A stretch of 64,000 nucleotides of DNA from positions 704,001-768,000 of the forward strand of contig OZ271918.1 of the NCBI GenBank assembly GCA_965602015.1, written 5' to 3'. Shown here piece after piece: positions 26,178-35,644 of this stretch; position 1 is the first letter of the stretch; every line of letters begins with the position of its first letter. The notes below the pieces were generated by a model, which did no database searches, was not told the origin of the DNA, and saw only the letters and a program-made list of their open reading frames with translations. A program made the translations under genes and the position numbers. This stretch comes from Salinispira sp. GTDB lineage: Bacteria; Spirochaetota; Spirochaetia; DSM-27196; Salinispiraceae.

Positions 26178-29100
26178 ATGAAAGAACATCTGCCATGGCG
26201 GCGAAATTTCCTCATTCTGACGATCATCCTGTTTATTGTTTTGCCGGTCCTCGGCCAAGAGACCGGCGATGATGGTGTCGTCTATCCCAGGGAGCAACCG
26301 GGACTCATTTACGTCGAGGCCGAGGATGCGGTTTCCACCAATTTTACCCAGCAACCGACCCTGGATTATTCAAGCAGCAGCCAACAGAACATTCAGCTCA
26401 GCCGTTTTAGCCCTCCGGGAGTCGGCCAGGATTTTTACGCCGAGTTTGTGTTTCTCGTTGAGGAAGCGGGGCGTTATGAGTTCTGGTACGCCGGTACCCC
26501 TCCGGGACCGAGGGACCAGATTTTCCCATCCTACGTCAGCCCCTTCGAATACCAAATCGATGACCGGCCTTCCCGTGCGGTATTCCGGGAAGACGTCGCG
26601 GTGGTCGAGCAATTCAGCGCAACCAATTATTGGGTTCTGGTCGACGAGGTCGACCTGGACGCCGGCGTTCATACCATCCGCTTTTTAATTGACCAGAAGC
26701 GCCGCTTTGACAGCAAATACTATTTCCTGCTGGACAGCTTCTTCCTGTTACATACAGAAGCTCAGATCGATCCCCAGCTCGTGCCGGAAAAATTCCCCGC
26801 TGATATGGACGACCGCAGCATAGACAATGCCTACCGGTCGATAAACGAGTACGAGTTTCTCATAGCCCAGGACCCGGAAAATATTCAGGTCTATGTCACC
26901 ATCGCCCAGGTCTATTCCCTCCTTGGCGATTACCTGAACGCCTTGAAATATCTCATCCGCGGACTGGCCTACGAACCGGAGAATCCCCGGCTTTTGAGCC
27001 TGGTAGCGAAAAACCGCATATGGAAGGGCGATGTAATCGAAGGACTGGCGGCGTTTAACCGATACCTGGAGCTCTATCCCGAGGATGTGGATACCATAGC
27101 CGAGGCCGCGAAAATCGCCGCATGGACAAACCGCTTTACGGACAGTTACCGGCTTTACAACCTCGGGTTGGCTTTGGAGCCGGACAATTTTAATCTCAAG
27201 GTGAACCTCGGGCTCACCTACCTGTGGAACAGCCGGGTTGAGGAGGGGCTGAATACCCTCAGGGAGGCCTTGGAGGATGCCGTTGATGATCCCGATCAGC
27301 TCGAAGAGCTTGCCCGGGTGTACCTGAGCAATTCCTACCCCTCCTACGCAGTGGATGTGTATCGACAGGCTCTTCGGGAGTATCCCCGTCATCTCCAGTT
27401 CTATCTTGGTCTCAGCGAGGCGTATCAGGAAGACGGCCGCCAGAGGGAATCCCGGGAGACAATAAACAGAATCCGCCAGGTCCTTGGGGAAAACCCCCAG
27501 CTTGAGCAGTACATCAGCGCATATGATTTGCGTCAGAGCCTGAAGGATCAGGTGATTCAGGGCTTTCGGGATGAACTCGCCGCAAATCCCGACGACCTGA
27601 TTCTACGGGAGCAGCTGGTCCAGACCCTGTTTTGGAACGGACAGCGCCGGGAAGCCGTCGACGAGTACCTCAACATTATGGGTAACCGTCTTCTCCGTGA
27701 AATACGGGATCTCGAACAGCGGAGCGTTGAACTGCTGGAACTGCTGGATGAGCATTACGCATACCGCAATATTCTCCAGCGGGGAGACCGGATGGTTCAG
27801 GACTTCCGCCGATCGATTGCCGCTGCCCAACGCAGCTATGGGCAGCAGATTCAGCTCCTCGAGAATCTTACCCTGGAAGAGGAGCGGCTATTGGCCCTCG
27901 AATCCCCATCGGATTCCCAGCGCAGCCGCATCGGCGAGCTTCCCGCCCTCATAAGCGAAGCCGCCGATGTCCTCCGGCAAAGCGCTCAAGCCCTGGCCGA
28001 TGAAATGGACAGCGCCGAAGAGTTCCTCAGGCGAAATTCCCTTATTTCCCAACGGATAACCGGCTTGACCGCGGCGCTGGAGTCGGTCCGCAGCGAAACC
28101 GCCGATGAACAGGAAAGACTCGAAAGTCTCAGTTCGCAGATTTCATGGACCTGGAACCGGGAAGACAGCACGGCGGAACTGGAACTGATCCGGAACAAGG
28201 GCAATGTGCTCGGCGATTACCTGTTGCTGAGCATCGCACGCAATCGGCCTGCGGAAGAACTGGCCTCCGCCGATGCCCAGCTTCTTGCCCAGCGATCCGG
28301 GCAGTTCAGCGATGGTCAGCGCCTCGCCGCCCAGCTCCAGCTCTGGCTTGGCGGGAGGGACGTCCCCCCGGCCGAAGACTATTTTGCCTACGGCGCCGAG
28401 CTGGTCGAGAGGCTCGAGCCGATGGTCCGGGAATACCGGCCGATGGGTATTGCCGAACCCCGCTTGCTCAGCTCTGAGCGAATCGCCGAGCTGGACCAGC
28501 GCCTGGTCTCGGCGGTTGGGGATAGCCGGGATCTTCTTGACGTGATGGACGGCCGGATTGACGAGCTTCACGACCTGTTCGATCAGCGTCTTGAATTTGC
28601 CATGTATCTCTTTGATACCGGGACCTATCTTACCCGCTACCAGATAGGCGAATACTACCTCTCTCTGGAGGAGTACCAGGAAGCAGCCCGGCAGTTTCGG
28701 GCGGTGTTGCGGATCGATCCCTTTAATGCCAACGCCCGGTTCCGTTTGGGAAGCGTGAAACAGCTCGACGGCGACTGGAGCGGTGCCATGGCGGATTACC
28801 TCCAGGTGTATTATGCCGATCCGGGCTTTGAAAATGTGCGCCAGCTTTACAACCAGCTCGCCCGGGAAAACGCCAGCGTCCTTCAAATACAGGCTCAGAG
28901 CCTGGCAGACAGTTCCCGCTGGAGCAACAGCATGAGCTTTTCCCTCGACTCGCCGATCAGCACCGTCCTTGGTTTTACCGCCGATTACAGCCTGCGGGAC
29001 ATACGGCTTCACAAACCCTCCGGGGCAGGCGAACAGCCGGTGACCTCCAGCCTTCACAGCGCCAATATAAGCCTCCCGGTGAACCTCCGTTTTTTTGCTA

Positions 29101-29894
29101 CGGAAATCTCTCCCAAGGCGGGCATCACCCTGAGCAACAGAATTTTCCTCGACGAGTTCTCCGATGTGCCGGCGCCGGTGCTTCCGGAGAACCTTCTCGA
29201 GCCCCTGGAACTTTCTCCCCGTTTTGGGCTTTCCACGGCAACTCAGCTCGGCGCGGTGAATATCGCCCTTGATTACCAATGGTACAGAATGGAGGACAGT
29301 TTCTTTTTCGGCCGTGATGCGGCCCTGGCCCACTCGGCCTCGGCGACTCTGGGAACCTATTTCGGATTTCCCAATCGGCGGGACCTTAATTCATTCGGCA
29401 CCCGGAGCTTTTTGAACGGCCGATACGTGCTGCAGGAAGGGCAAAATGCGAACATTCTCTATACCCTTGTTCAGGAAATAGTGCTGAGCACCCATCTGGC
29501 AGATAATCCCTGGACAAATCTGGATTTCGTCGTCAGCGGGAGCTTTGAAACCAGCAGCGACGGCGCACGAAGCGATTACTACGCACCGGAAAACGTCCTT
29601 GTGGGGAAATTCTCCATGAATCTCGCCAGCTGGATCGGAGGTCTGAGCAACAACCGGGTTCTGGGTCTGATGCCCCGTCTCAGCGTGGGATACTTCGGCG
29701 AACGGCTGGGATCGGACAGTCCGGGCAGTTCCCTGCTGCTGGATGCGGCGTTTAAGTTCGAGCTCACCCAGGGCACCGGCAGCCAGTATCTGGACCTGGG
29801 CACAACGCTGAGCATAGCCGATGGGGGCCTGGGATACTTCACGTTTTTCGCAAACATCGGGTTGTACTCGAGCTTCCCGACCCTGCTGAACTAG
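26178..29894 (+). CDS. Large exported TPR protein with N-terminal CBM-like domain and C-terminal beta-strand domain (PelB/PgaA/BcsC-like export scaffold)
   Basis: Signal peptide after MKEH; YVEAED...EAGRYEFW...LDAGVHTIRF; many TPR-like repeats; last ~330 aa show alternating amphipathic strands. Confidence 0.68.
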   Translation: MKEHLPWRRNFLILTIILFIVLPVLGQETGDDGVVYPREQPGLIYVEAEDAVSTNFTQQPTLDYSSSSQQNIQLSRFSPPGVGQDFYAEFVFLVEEAGRYEFWYAGTPPGPRDQIFPSYVSPFEYQIDDRPSRAVFREDVAVVEQFSATNYWVLVDEVDLDAGVHTIRFLIDQKRRFDSKYYFLLDSFFLLHTEAQIDPQLVPEKFPADMDDRSIDNAYRSINEYEFLIAQDPENIQVYVTIAQVYSLLGDYLNALKYLIRGLAYEPENPRLLSLVAKNRIWKGDVIEGLAAFNRYLELYPEDVDTIAEAAKIAAWTNRFTDSYRLYNLGLALEPDNFNLKVNLGLTYLWNSRVEEGLNTLREALEDAVDDPDQLEELARVYLSNSYPSYAVDVYRQALREYPRHLQFYLGLSEAYQEDGRQRESRETINRIRQVLGENPQLEQYISAYDLRQSLKDQVIQGFRDELAANPDDLILREQLVQTLFWNGQRREAVDEYLNIMGNRLLREIRDLEQRSVELLELLDEHYAYRNILQRGDRMVQDFRRSIAAAQRSYGQQIQLLENLTLEEERLLALESPSDSQRSRIGELPALISEAADVLRQSAQALADEMDSAEEFLRRNSLISQRITGLTAALESVRSETADEQERLESLSSQISWTWNREDSTAELELIRNKGNVLGDYLLLSIARNRPAEELASADAQLLAQRSGQFSDGQRLAAQLQLWLGGRDVPPAEDYFAYGAELVERLEPMVREYRPMGIAEPRLLSSERIAELDQRLVSAVGDSRDLLDVMDGRIDELHDLFDQRLEFAMYLFDTGTYLTRYQIGEYYLSLEEYQEAARQFRAVLRIDPFNANARFRLGSVKQLDGDWSGAMADYLQVYYADPGFENVRQLYNQLARENASVLQIQAQSLADSSRWSNSMSFSLDSPISTVLGFTADYSLRDIRLHKPSGAGEQPVTSSLHSANISLPVNLRFFATEISPKAGITLSNRIFLDEFSDVPAPVLPENLLEPLELSPRFGLSTATQLGAVNIALDYQWYRMEDSFFFGRDAALAHSASATLGTYFGFPNRRDLNSFGTRSFLNGRYVLQEGQNANILYTLVQEIVLSTHLADNPWTNLDFVVSGSFETSSDGARSDYYAPENVLVGKFSMNLASWIGGLSNNRVLGLMPRLSVGYFGERLGSDSPGSSLLLDAAFKFELTQGTGSQYLDLGTTLSIADGGLGYFTFFANIGLYSSFPTLLN

Positions 29895-29916
29895 CAGGGC
29901 CGGCCCGGTTATTGCG

Positions 29917-31302
29917 ATGAAGTCCCCACGATCAACAGGTTCCCATTTGGGAAAGGTGTTTTTACTCGGTATTCCTCTGCTATTCGGTCAGTTGATGCAG
30001 TATCTCCATCAAATCGCCGACAGCGCCATGCTGGGACATTACGGGCAAGATAGTTTTGAACTGGCGGCGGTGGGGATTGCCGGTCTGTTCACCTGGATTC
30101 TGAATACCTTTATGTGGCCTCTTTCAAACGGGGTTCAGGCCATCACCTCCCGGCGTTTTGGCAGGCAAAACCATTCGGATGAACGTTCGCGCTGGTTCAC
30201 CGGGGAGGCGATGGACAATGCCCTGCTCACCGCCCTGTATGCCGCCGCGCTGGCCCTGGTTTTTAGTCTGCTTGCCCGTCCCATCCTCACAATCCTTATC
30301 CAGACCGGGGAAATCAGGGAGCTGGCCCTGGAATACATCGCCGTCATGCGTTTTGCCCTTATACCGACCGGACTGTACTTCGTACTCCAGGGCTTTTTCG
30401 GCGCGATTAACAAAACGTCATACATTATGTGGTCGGGAATCATTTCAAACGGCTTGAATATCGGCATAAACTACATCCTGATTTTCGGACGATTCGGATT
30501 TCCCCCAATGGGAATACGGGGGGCCGCCCTGGGCTCGCTGATATCAATGACGGTCGCCCTGGCTTATATGGGATTCATCCTCTACAAGCGTGGCTACGTC
30601 AGGCAGTATCGTCTGTTGAGCTTCCGTCATCTTTCAATTCGCCTCCAGCGGGACATCGTGAAGGTCGCCATAAATCCCGCGGTTCAGAATATCATCGCGC
30701 TGGCAATTTTTATGCTCTACCAGACAATCATCGAAGATTATTCTCCGATTCTATTGGCCGCGACTCATACGGCCTTCTCGTACTTCCGGCTCAATAAAAC
30801 GGTTATCGAAGGTTTTGCCAGAAGCGCGGGCATCCTTGTCGGCAATGCCCTTGGCCGGGGCGAGAGGGAGGAAGCCCAGAGATACATGAGTTCATCGGGA
30901 AAAATCGCGGCGATAGTAGCGCTTTTTGTCGCGGCGTTCACGTTGATATTCCGGCGCCTCATCGGAGGATTTTTCTCCGGCGATCCGGCCACAATCGAGG
31001 CAATTGCCCGGGCGCTGGCGTTTTTTATGCCCTTCTTTTTTGTGGAAGCCTTGGGTTATGCGTTTGAGATGGTATTTGTTTCAAATGGATACGGCCGCTG
31101 GGTTCTCATTAGCGAGTTTTCGACGAATGTGCTGTTCATCCTTTTGGCGACGCTTCTGGTTCGCTATCTTTTTCCAAACGAAATCCGTCTTGCCTGGCTG
31201 ACTTTCGGGATCTACCAGCTTAGTCATGCCTCCATGATGGCGCTGGGGTTTCTGCGAAAGCGCTGGCTTGAAACGGAAGTGGACAGCGAGGCTCCTGCAT
31301 AG
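29917..31302 (+). CDS. MATE family efflux transporter
   Basis: ADSAMLGH, LAAVG, LIFGRFGFPPMGIRGAALGS and ILVGNALG; about 12 TM helices. Confidence 0.9.
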   Translation: MKSPRSTGSHLGKVFLLGIPLLFGQLMQYLHQIADSAMLGHYGQDSFELAAVGIAGLFTWILNTFMWPLSNGVQAITSRRFGRQNHSDERSRWFTGEAMDNALLTALYAAALALVFSLLARPILTILIQTGEIRELALEYIAVMRFALIPTGLYFVLQGFFGAINKTSYIMWSGIISNGLNIGINYILIFGRFGFPPMGIRGAALGSLISMTVALAYMGFILYKRGYVRQYRLLSFRHLSIRLQRDIVKVAINPAVQNIIALAIFMLYQTIIEDYSPILLAATHTAFSYFRLNKTVIEGFARSAGILVGNALGRGEREEAQRYMSSSGKIAAIVALFVAAFTLIFRRLIGGFFSGDPATIEAIARALAFFMPFFFVEALGYAFEMVFVSNGYGRWVLISEFSTNVLFILLATLLVRYLFPNEIRLAWLTFGIYQLSHASMMALGFLRKRWLETEVDSEAPA

Positions 31303-31338
31303 ACCCAACTCAGCGCCGCATCTGACAAAAACTGCCGA

Positions 31339-32193
31339 TCAGGGAATACCGAACAGGCCTTTTATTTCATTGTACAGACTGTCGCTGTTGAGGTTCTCCA
31401 ATACACTTGCCTCCAGCCGTTCCAGACCTCCCATGGTGAGGCCGATAAACGGCAGGTAATGGCGGATATGTTCGAGAGCCTGCGGCCGGTCGGAATAATG
31501 GGCGATGTTTGCCGCCAGGAAGGAGCCGATGCTCACAATGATGATCAGTAGTTTGTGGGCGCTGGTAATGTTTCGCTGATTTTTTTCTCTGGCCACATCG
31601 CAGTAGATTTCCGGAAAATTCCAGCGCTTCAATAGAATGCTGCCGACTTCCCGGTGGTTTGTCCCGAATCGTGAGCCCTCCAGCTCGGCAAGGGGAGTCC
31701 GTTCAGCCAGGGAGGAGCGGTAGAGGCCCTGGTATTCTGCCCGGTCGGAAACATAGAGGGCCACCTGTCCGATGTTGCTCAACAAGCCGGCCAAAAATGC
31801 CTCCTCCCTCATATTCTGCCGGTTGACCCTTTCGGCCAGGTAGTTTGACACAAACGCGGTGATGATCCCGTGCTTCCAAAAGCTGGACAGAAAAAATGAT
31901 TCGGAATCCTCTTTAAACAGTGAAGACGCGGTGACAAGAACGACCAGATTGCGGATATTTTTAAAACCCAGCATGGATATTGCGGATTGGAGATTGGCAA
32001 TTTCTCGCTGCCTTGCATACATGGACGAGTTGGCGACTTTGAGCACCTTTGAGGCCAGACCCGGATCGAGCTTGATAACTTCCTCCAGGTCCCGGAAATC
32101 GATTTCCTTGCTGTCTCCGGCCATGTTGATAACCCTGGCGGCAATATCGGGCATAATCGGCAGATTTTTCAGGTATGCGCTGTAATCCGTCAC
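31339..32193 (-). CDS. Stand-alone HDOD domain protein
   Basis: LPIMP, DPGLASKVLKVANS, AFLAGLLSNIG and NHREVG...WNFP; GTG start after GGAGG. Confidence 0.88.
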   Translation of the reverse strand: MTDYSAYLKNLPIMPDIAARVINMAGDSKEIDFRDLEEVIKLDPGLASKVLKVANSSMYARQREIANLQSAISMLGFKNIRNLVVLVTASSLFKEDSESFFLSSFWKHGIITAFVSNYLAERVNRQNMREEAFLAGLLSNIGQVALYVSDRAEYQGLYRSSLAERTPLAELEGSRFGTNHREVGSILLKRWNFPEIYCDVAREKNQRNITSAHKLLIIIVSIGSFLAANIAHYSDRPQALEHIRHYLPFIGLTMGGLERLEASVLENLNSDSLYNEIKGLFGIP

Positions 32194-32210
32194 TGGTCCT
32201 CCCCATCGGA

Positions 32211-33161
32211 TTATCGGCCGATAGTACCCTTCGGTTGATCCCAATCCGGGGAATCCCTGAGTATGTAGCCCATGGTTTGATAGATCAGCTGGGCCGTCAG
32301 AAAATCCGGGGCGTGCAGACCGGGAATTGGAGCCAACTCCACGAAGTCTCCGGCGATAATTTTTCTCTGGCTCGCCACCGAACGAAGGAGAGAAAGGGTT
32401 TGGTACCACAGGAGGCCGCCGGGAACCGGTGTTCCGGTTGCCGGCATGACCGAAGGGTCCAGACCATCGACGTCAAAGCTGAGATAGACATAGGGGGGGA
32501 AATCATCGGGAAATTCGATGTGGGTGATGCCGCCGGTGACCAGCTCTGCTCCATCATAATAGTGTATATGACTGCAGGAATCGCGAAATTCCGCCTCTTC
32601 CCGGCACAGGGCCCGGACGCCGAGCTGAAGCAGGGGGATACCGTCGTCGGCGCATCGGCGCATCACCGAGGCATGGGACCATTGCCTGCCCTCGTACGCC
32701 AGGCGCAGATCCGCGTGGGCATCGAACTGGACGACTCCGAGATTTTCCCCCAGGCGTTGTCTGAGCGCGCTGATCGGTCCGTAGCTGATGCTGTGCTCCC
32801 CTCCAAGGAACATGGGGACCGCCCCGGCTTCGAGGCTTGAGGCGGTCAGGGCGGCCGCGTCATCAAAAATCGACGCCACCTCCCGGTCTGTCGGGTTCTG
32901 CGGGTCGGCGAAGCGCCCGGAGGAGCAGTCCGGTCCCGCGGCGGTAAAAATTCCCGCTTCGCCAGGGCTGGAAACCCCATCGTAGAGCTCAAGCTGCTGG
33001 CTCGCTTCGAGGACGGCCTCAGGACCTGCCGAGGTTCCCCCGGCATATGAAACAGAAGCTTCGAAGGGAAAGGGAATGATGTGAAAAGCCGAGTCAGTGG
33101 CGGAGGGGCGTTGTATTTCACTTTCGAGGAAAAACTCGCCGGGATACTCTTGAAGCTTCAT
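32211..33161 (-). CDS. speB: Agmatinase
   Basis: Ureohydrolase motifs GGEHS, DAHAD and SFDVDGLDP...TGTPVPGG; in an operon with speA. Confidence 0.9.
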   Translation of the reverse strand: MKLQEYPGEFFLESEIQRPSATDSAFHIIPFPFEASVSYAGGTSAGPEAVLEASQQLELYDGVSSPGEAGIFTAAGPDCSSGRFADPQNPTDREVASIFDDAAALTASSLEAGAVPMFLGGEHSISYGPISALRQRLGENLGVVQFDAHADLRLAYEGRQWSHASVMRRCADDGIPLLQLGVRALCREEAEFRDSCSHIHYYDGAELVTGGITHIEFPDDFPPYVYLSFDVDGLDPSVMPATGTPVPGGLLWYQTLSLLRSVASQRKIIAGDFVELAPIPGLHAPDFLTAQLIYQTMGYILRDSPDWDQPKGTIGR

Positions 33162-33169
33162 GTATGCTC

Positions 33170-34375
33170 CTATGACAGACGGTTTCGGAAATCCTCGTAG
33201 CCGAATTCCCTGATAACCTGATATTCTCCCGTTCGGCTGTCATACGTGCAGATCGACGGCAGATTGATTCCGTTGAAGGTTGTGGTCTTCACCATGGTGT
33301 AGTGAGCCATATCGTCGAACACCAGCCTGTCGCCGACCTGAAGTTTCTCTTCAAAGCTGTAATCGCCGATGACGTCGCCGGCGAGGCAGGTCTGTCCGCC
33401 GAGGCGGTACAGGTGGGGATGGGCTCCGGGTTCTCCGGCTCCCCATATTTCCGGACGGTAGGGCATTTCCAGCACGTCGGGCATGTGGCAGGTGGCCGAG
33501 CTGTCCAGAATCGCCAGGTTCATGCCGTTTACCGGAAGATCAAGCACGCTTGTCACCAGGACTCCGGTGTGAATCGCAACGGCTTCGCCGGGTTCAAGGT
33601 AGATCTTCGCTCGGTATTCACTGCGAAGATCGTGTATCAACTGAATCAGGAGCTCACGGTTGTAGTCGTCTTTGGTTATGTGATGTCCGCCGCCCAGGTT
33701 CAGCCAGCTCATGTCTTTCATCCAGGGGCCGAACTGTTTTTTTACCGCCTCAAGGGTCCGCTCCAGGGGCTCGGCTCCCTGCTCGCAGAGGGTGTGAAAA
33801 TGCAGCCCGCTGATGCCCTCCAGCAGTTCGGGCTTGAACTGATCAAGGGGCACTCCCATGCGCGAGTACGGCGCGCAGGGGTCATAGAGGGCGACGGCCC
33901 CTTCGCTGTGACGGGGGTTGATCCGCATACCGAAGCGCAGTTCGCCGGGACGCCTTGCAGCGGCCGCCAAAGCGGCGTCCCGATGGAACTCCCACTGTGA
34001 AAAGCTGTTGAATACGATGTGATTGGCGAACTGCAGGAGCTCGGCCATTTCTTCCCGCTTGAAGGCCGGGGCGTACACATGCACCTCCCCGCCGAACTCC
34101 TCGCGGCCCAGCCGGGCCTCATGGAGGGAGCTCGCCGTGGTTCCCGCCAGGGCGCCGGAAATCTGATCCGCCAGGGCGAACATGGAAAATCCCTTGAGGG
34201 CTAAAATAATTGAAGCCCCGGAACGCTCCATCACCTCGGTGAGGATATCGAGGTTGTGCTGGACCGCGGCCCGGTCCACCACATAGGCCGGTGACGGGAG
34301 TTTTGCGGGATCAAAACCCTCAAACGCCCCGCGTTTCTGGGTAAGGGTACGTTCGACCGGGGTCCATGAACTCAT
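33170..34375 (-). CDS. nspC: Carboxy(nor)spermidine decarboxylase
   Basis: ALKGF (PLP Lys), YDPCAP, GLHFHTLCEQ, EPGEA, HMPDVLEMPYRP and CLAGD. Confidence 0.93.
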   Translation of the reverse strand: MSSWTPVERTLTQKRGAFEGFDPAKLPSPAYVVDRAAVQHNLDILTEVMERSGASIILALKGFSMFALADQISGALAGTTASSLHEARLGREEFGGEVHVYAPAFKREEMAELLQFANHIVFNSFSQWEFHRDAALAAAARRPGELRFGMRINPRHSEGAVALYDPCAPYSRMGVPLDQFKPELLEGISGLHFHTLCEQGAEPLERTLEAVKKQFGPWMKDMSWLNLGGGHHITKDDYNRELLIQLIHDLRSEYRAKIYLEPGEAVAIHTGVLVTSVLDLPVNGMNLAILDSSATCHMPDVLEMPYRPEIWGAGEPGAHPHLYRLGGQTCLAGDVIGDYSFEEKLQVGDRLVFDDMAHYTMVKTTTFNGINLPSICTYDSRTGEYQVIREFGYEDFRNRLS

Positions 34376-35562
34376 TCGCGCACCTTCCAGGGCAGACCCT
34401 GGACATTGAGTTCAGCCATAAATGGATCGGGATCGAACTGCTCCATGTTCCACACTCCGGGCTTTTTCCACGCGCCGGTGAGCATCATTTTTGCGCCGAT
34501 CATTGCCGGTACGCCTGTTGTGTAGCTTACGGCCTGGCTACGCACTTCCCGATACGCATCCTGGTGATCGCAAATGTTGTAGATGTAGATTTCCCGGTCA
34601 GCGCCTTCCTTGCTGCCCTTGATGATGTTTCCGATGCAGGTCTTACCCGTGGTGTCGGGTCCCAGACTGGCGGGTTCGGGCAGCACGGCTTTGAGGAATT
34701 GGAGGGGCACGATGTTTACTCCCTGATACTCCACCTCATCGATACGGGTCATACCCACATTCTGCAGGACTTCCAGATGTTTGAGATAGTTGTCGGAGAA
34801 GCTCATCCAGAACTGGGCCTTTTTCAAGCTTGGAAAGTTTTTCGTGAGGGATTCAAGTTCTTCGTGATACATGCGGTAAATATTGTAGGTTCCCACATCT
34901 TCCGGACAGTGGTATTCCCGGCTCATGGACATGGCGGGGGTTTCCACGGCGACGCCGTTTTCGTAGTGGCGGCAGGGCGCGGTCACCTCCCGGATATTGA
35001 TTTCAGGGTTGAAATTCGTGGCGAAAGCCTTGCCGTGGTCTCCGCCGTTTACGTCGATGATGTCGAGTTGGCTGATTTCATCGAAGTAGTGTTTCGCGCC
35101 GTAGGCGGTGAATACATTTGTAACCCCAGGGTCGAAGCCGCTGCCCAGAAGGGCCATGATGCCCTTTTTTTCAAAGCGCTCGGCGTATTCCCATTGCCAG
35201 CTGTACTCGAACTTTGCCGTATCCTTGGGTTCGTAGTTGGCGGTATCGAGGTAGTCGATGCCCGTTGCCAGGCAGGCGTCCATGATGGGCAGGTCCTGAT
35301 AGGGCAGGGCGACGTTGAGCACCAGATCGGGCTGCACCCGGTCGATAAGGGTCGTCATTTCCGCCACATTGTCGGCGTCCACCGCCGCAGTGTGTACCTC
35401 TCTTCCGTGCATTTGAGAAACCTGCGCGGCAATGCTGTCGCATTTTGCCTTGGTTCTGCTGGCCAGGGTAATTGTGCCGAATACGTCGCTGTTCATCGCG
35501 CATTTGTGAGTCACTACCGAGCCGACCCCGCCGGCGCCGATTATCAGTACATGTTTTCCCAT
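34372..35562 (-). CDS. Carboxy(nor)spermidine dehydrogenase (saccharopine dehydrogenase family)
   Basis: IGAGGVG, NVALPYQDL, YLDTANYEP, GFDPG and TNFNPEINIRE; overlaps the nspC start. Confidence 0.93.
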   Translation of the reverse strand: MGKHVLIIGAGGVGSVVTHKCAMNSDVFGTITLASRTKAKCDSIAAQVSQMHGREVHTAAVDADNVAEMTTLIDRVQPDLVLNVALPYQDLPIMDACLATGIDYLDTANYEPKDTAKFEYSWQWEYAERFEKKGIMALLGSGFDPGVTNVFTAYGAKHYFDEISQLDIIDVNGGDHGKAFATNFNPEINIREVTAPCRHYENGVAVETPAMSMSREYHCPEDVGTYNIYRMYHEELESLTKNFPSLKKAQFWMSFSDNYLKHLEVLQNVGMTRIDEVEYQGVNIVPLQFLKAVLPEPASLGPDTTGKTCIGNIIKGSKEGADREIYIYNICDHQDAYREVRSQAVSYTTGVPAMIGAKMMLTGAWKKPGVWNMEQFDPDPFMAELNVQGLPWKVRE

Positions 35563-35644
35563 TCTATCCTCCCCATGGTCCGGGCCCGCCGCGGGGACTC
35601 GGCTTTCCGTCGCTCCCCTTCCGATGGTGCCCGCTGTTGTCGTT

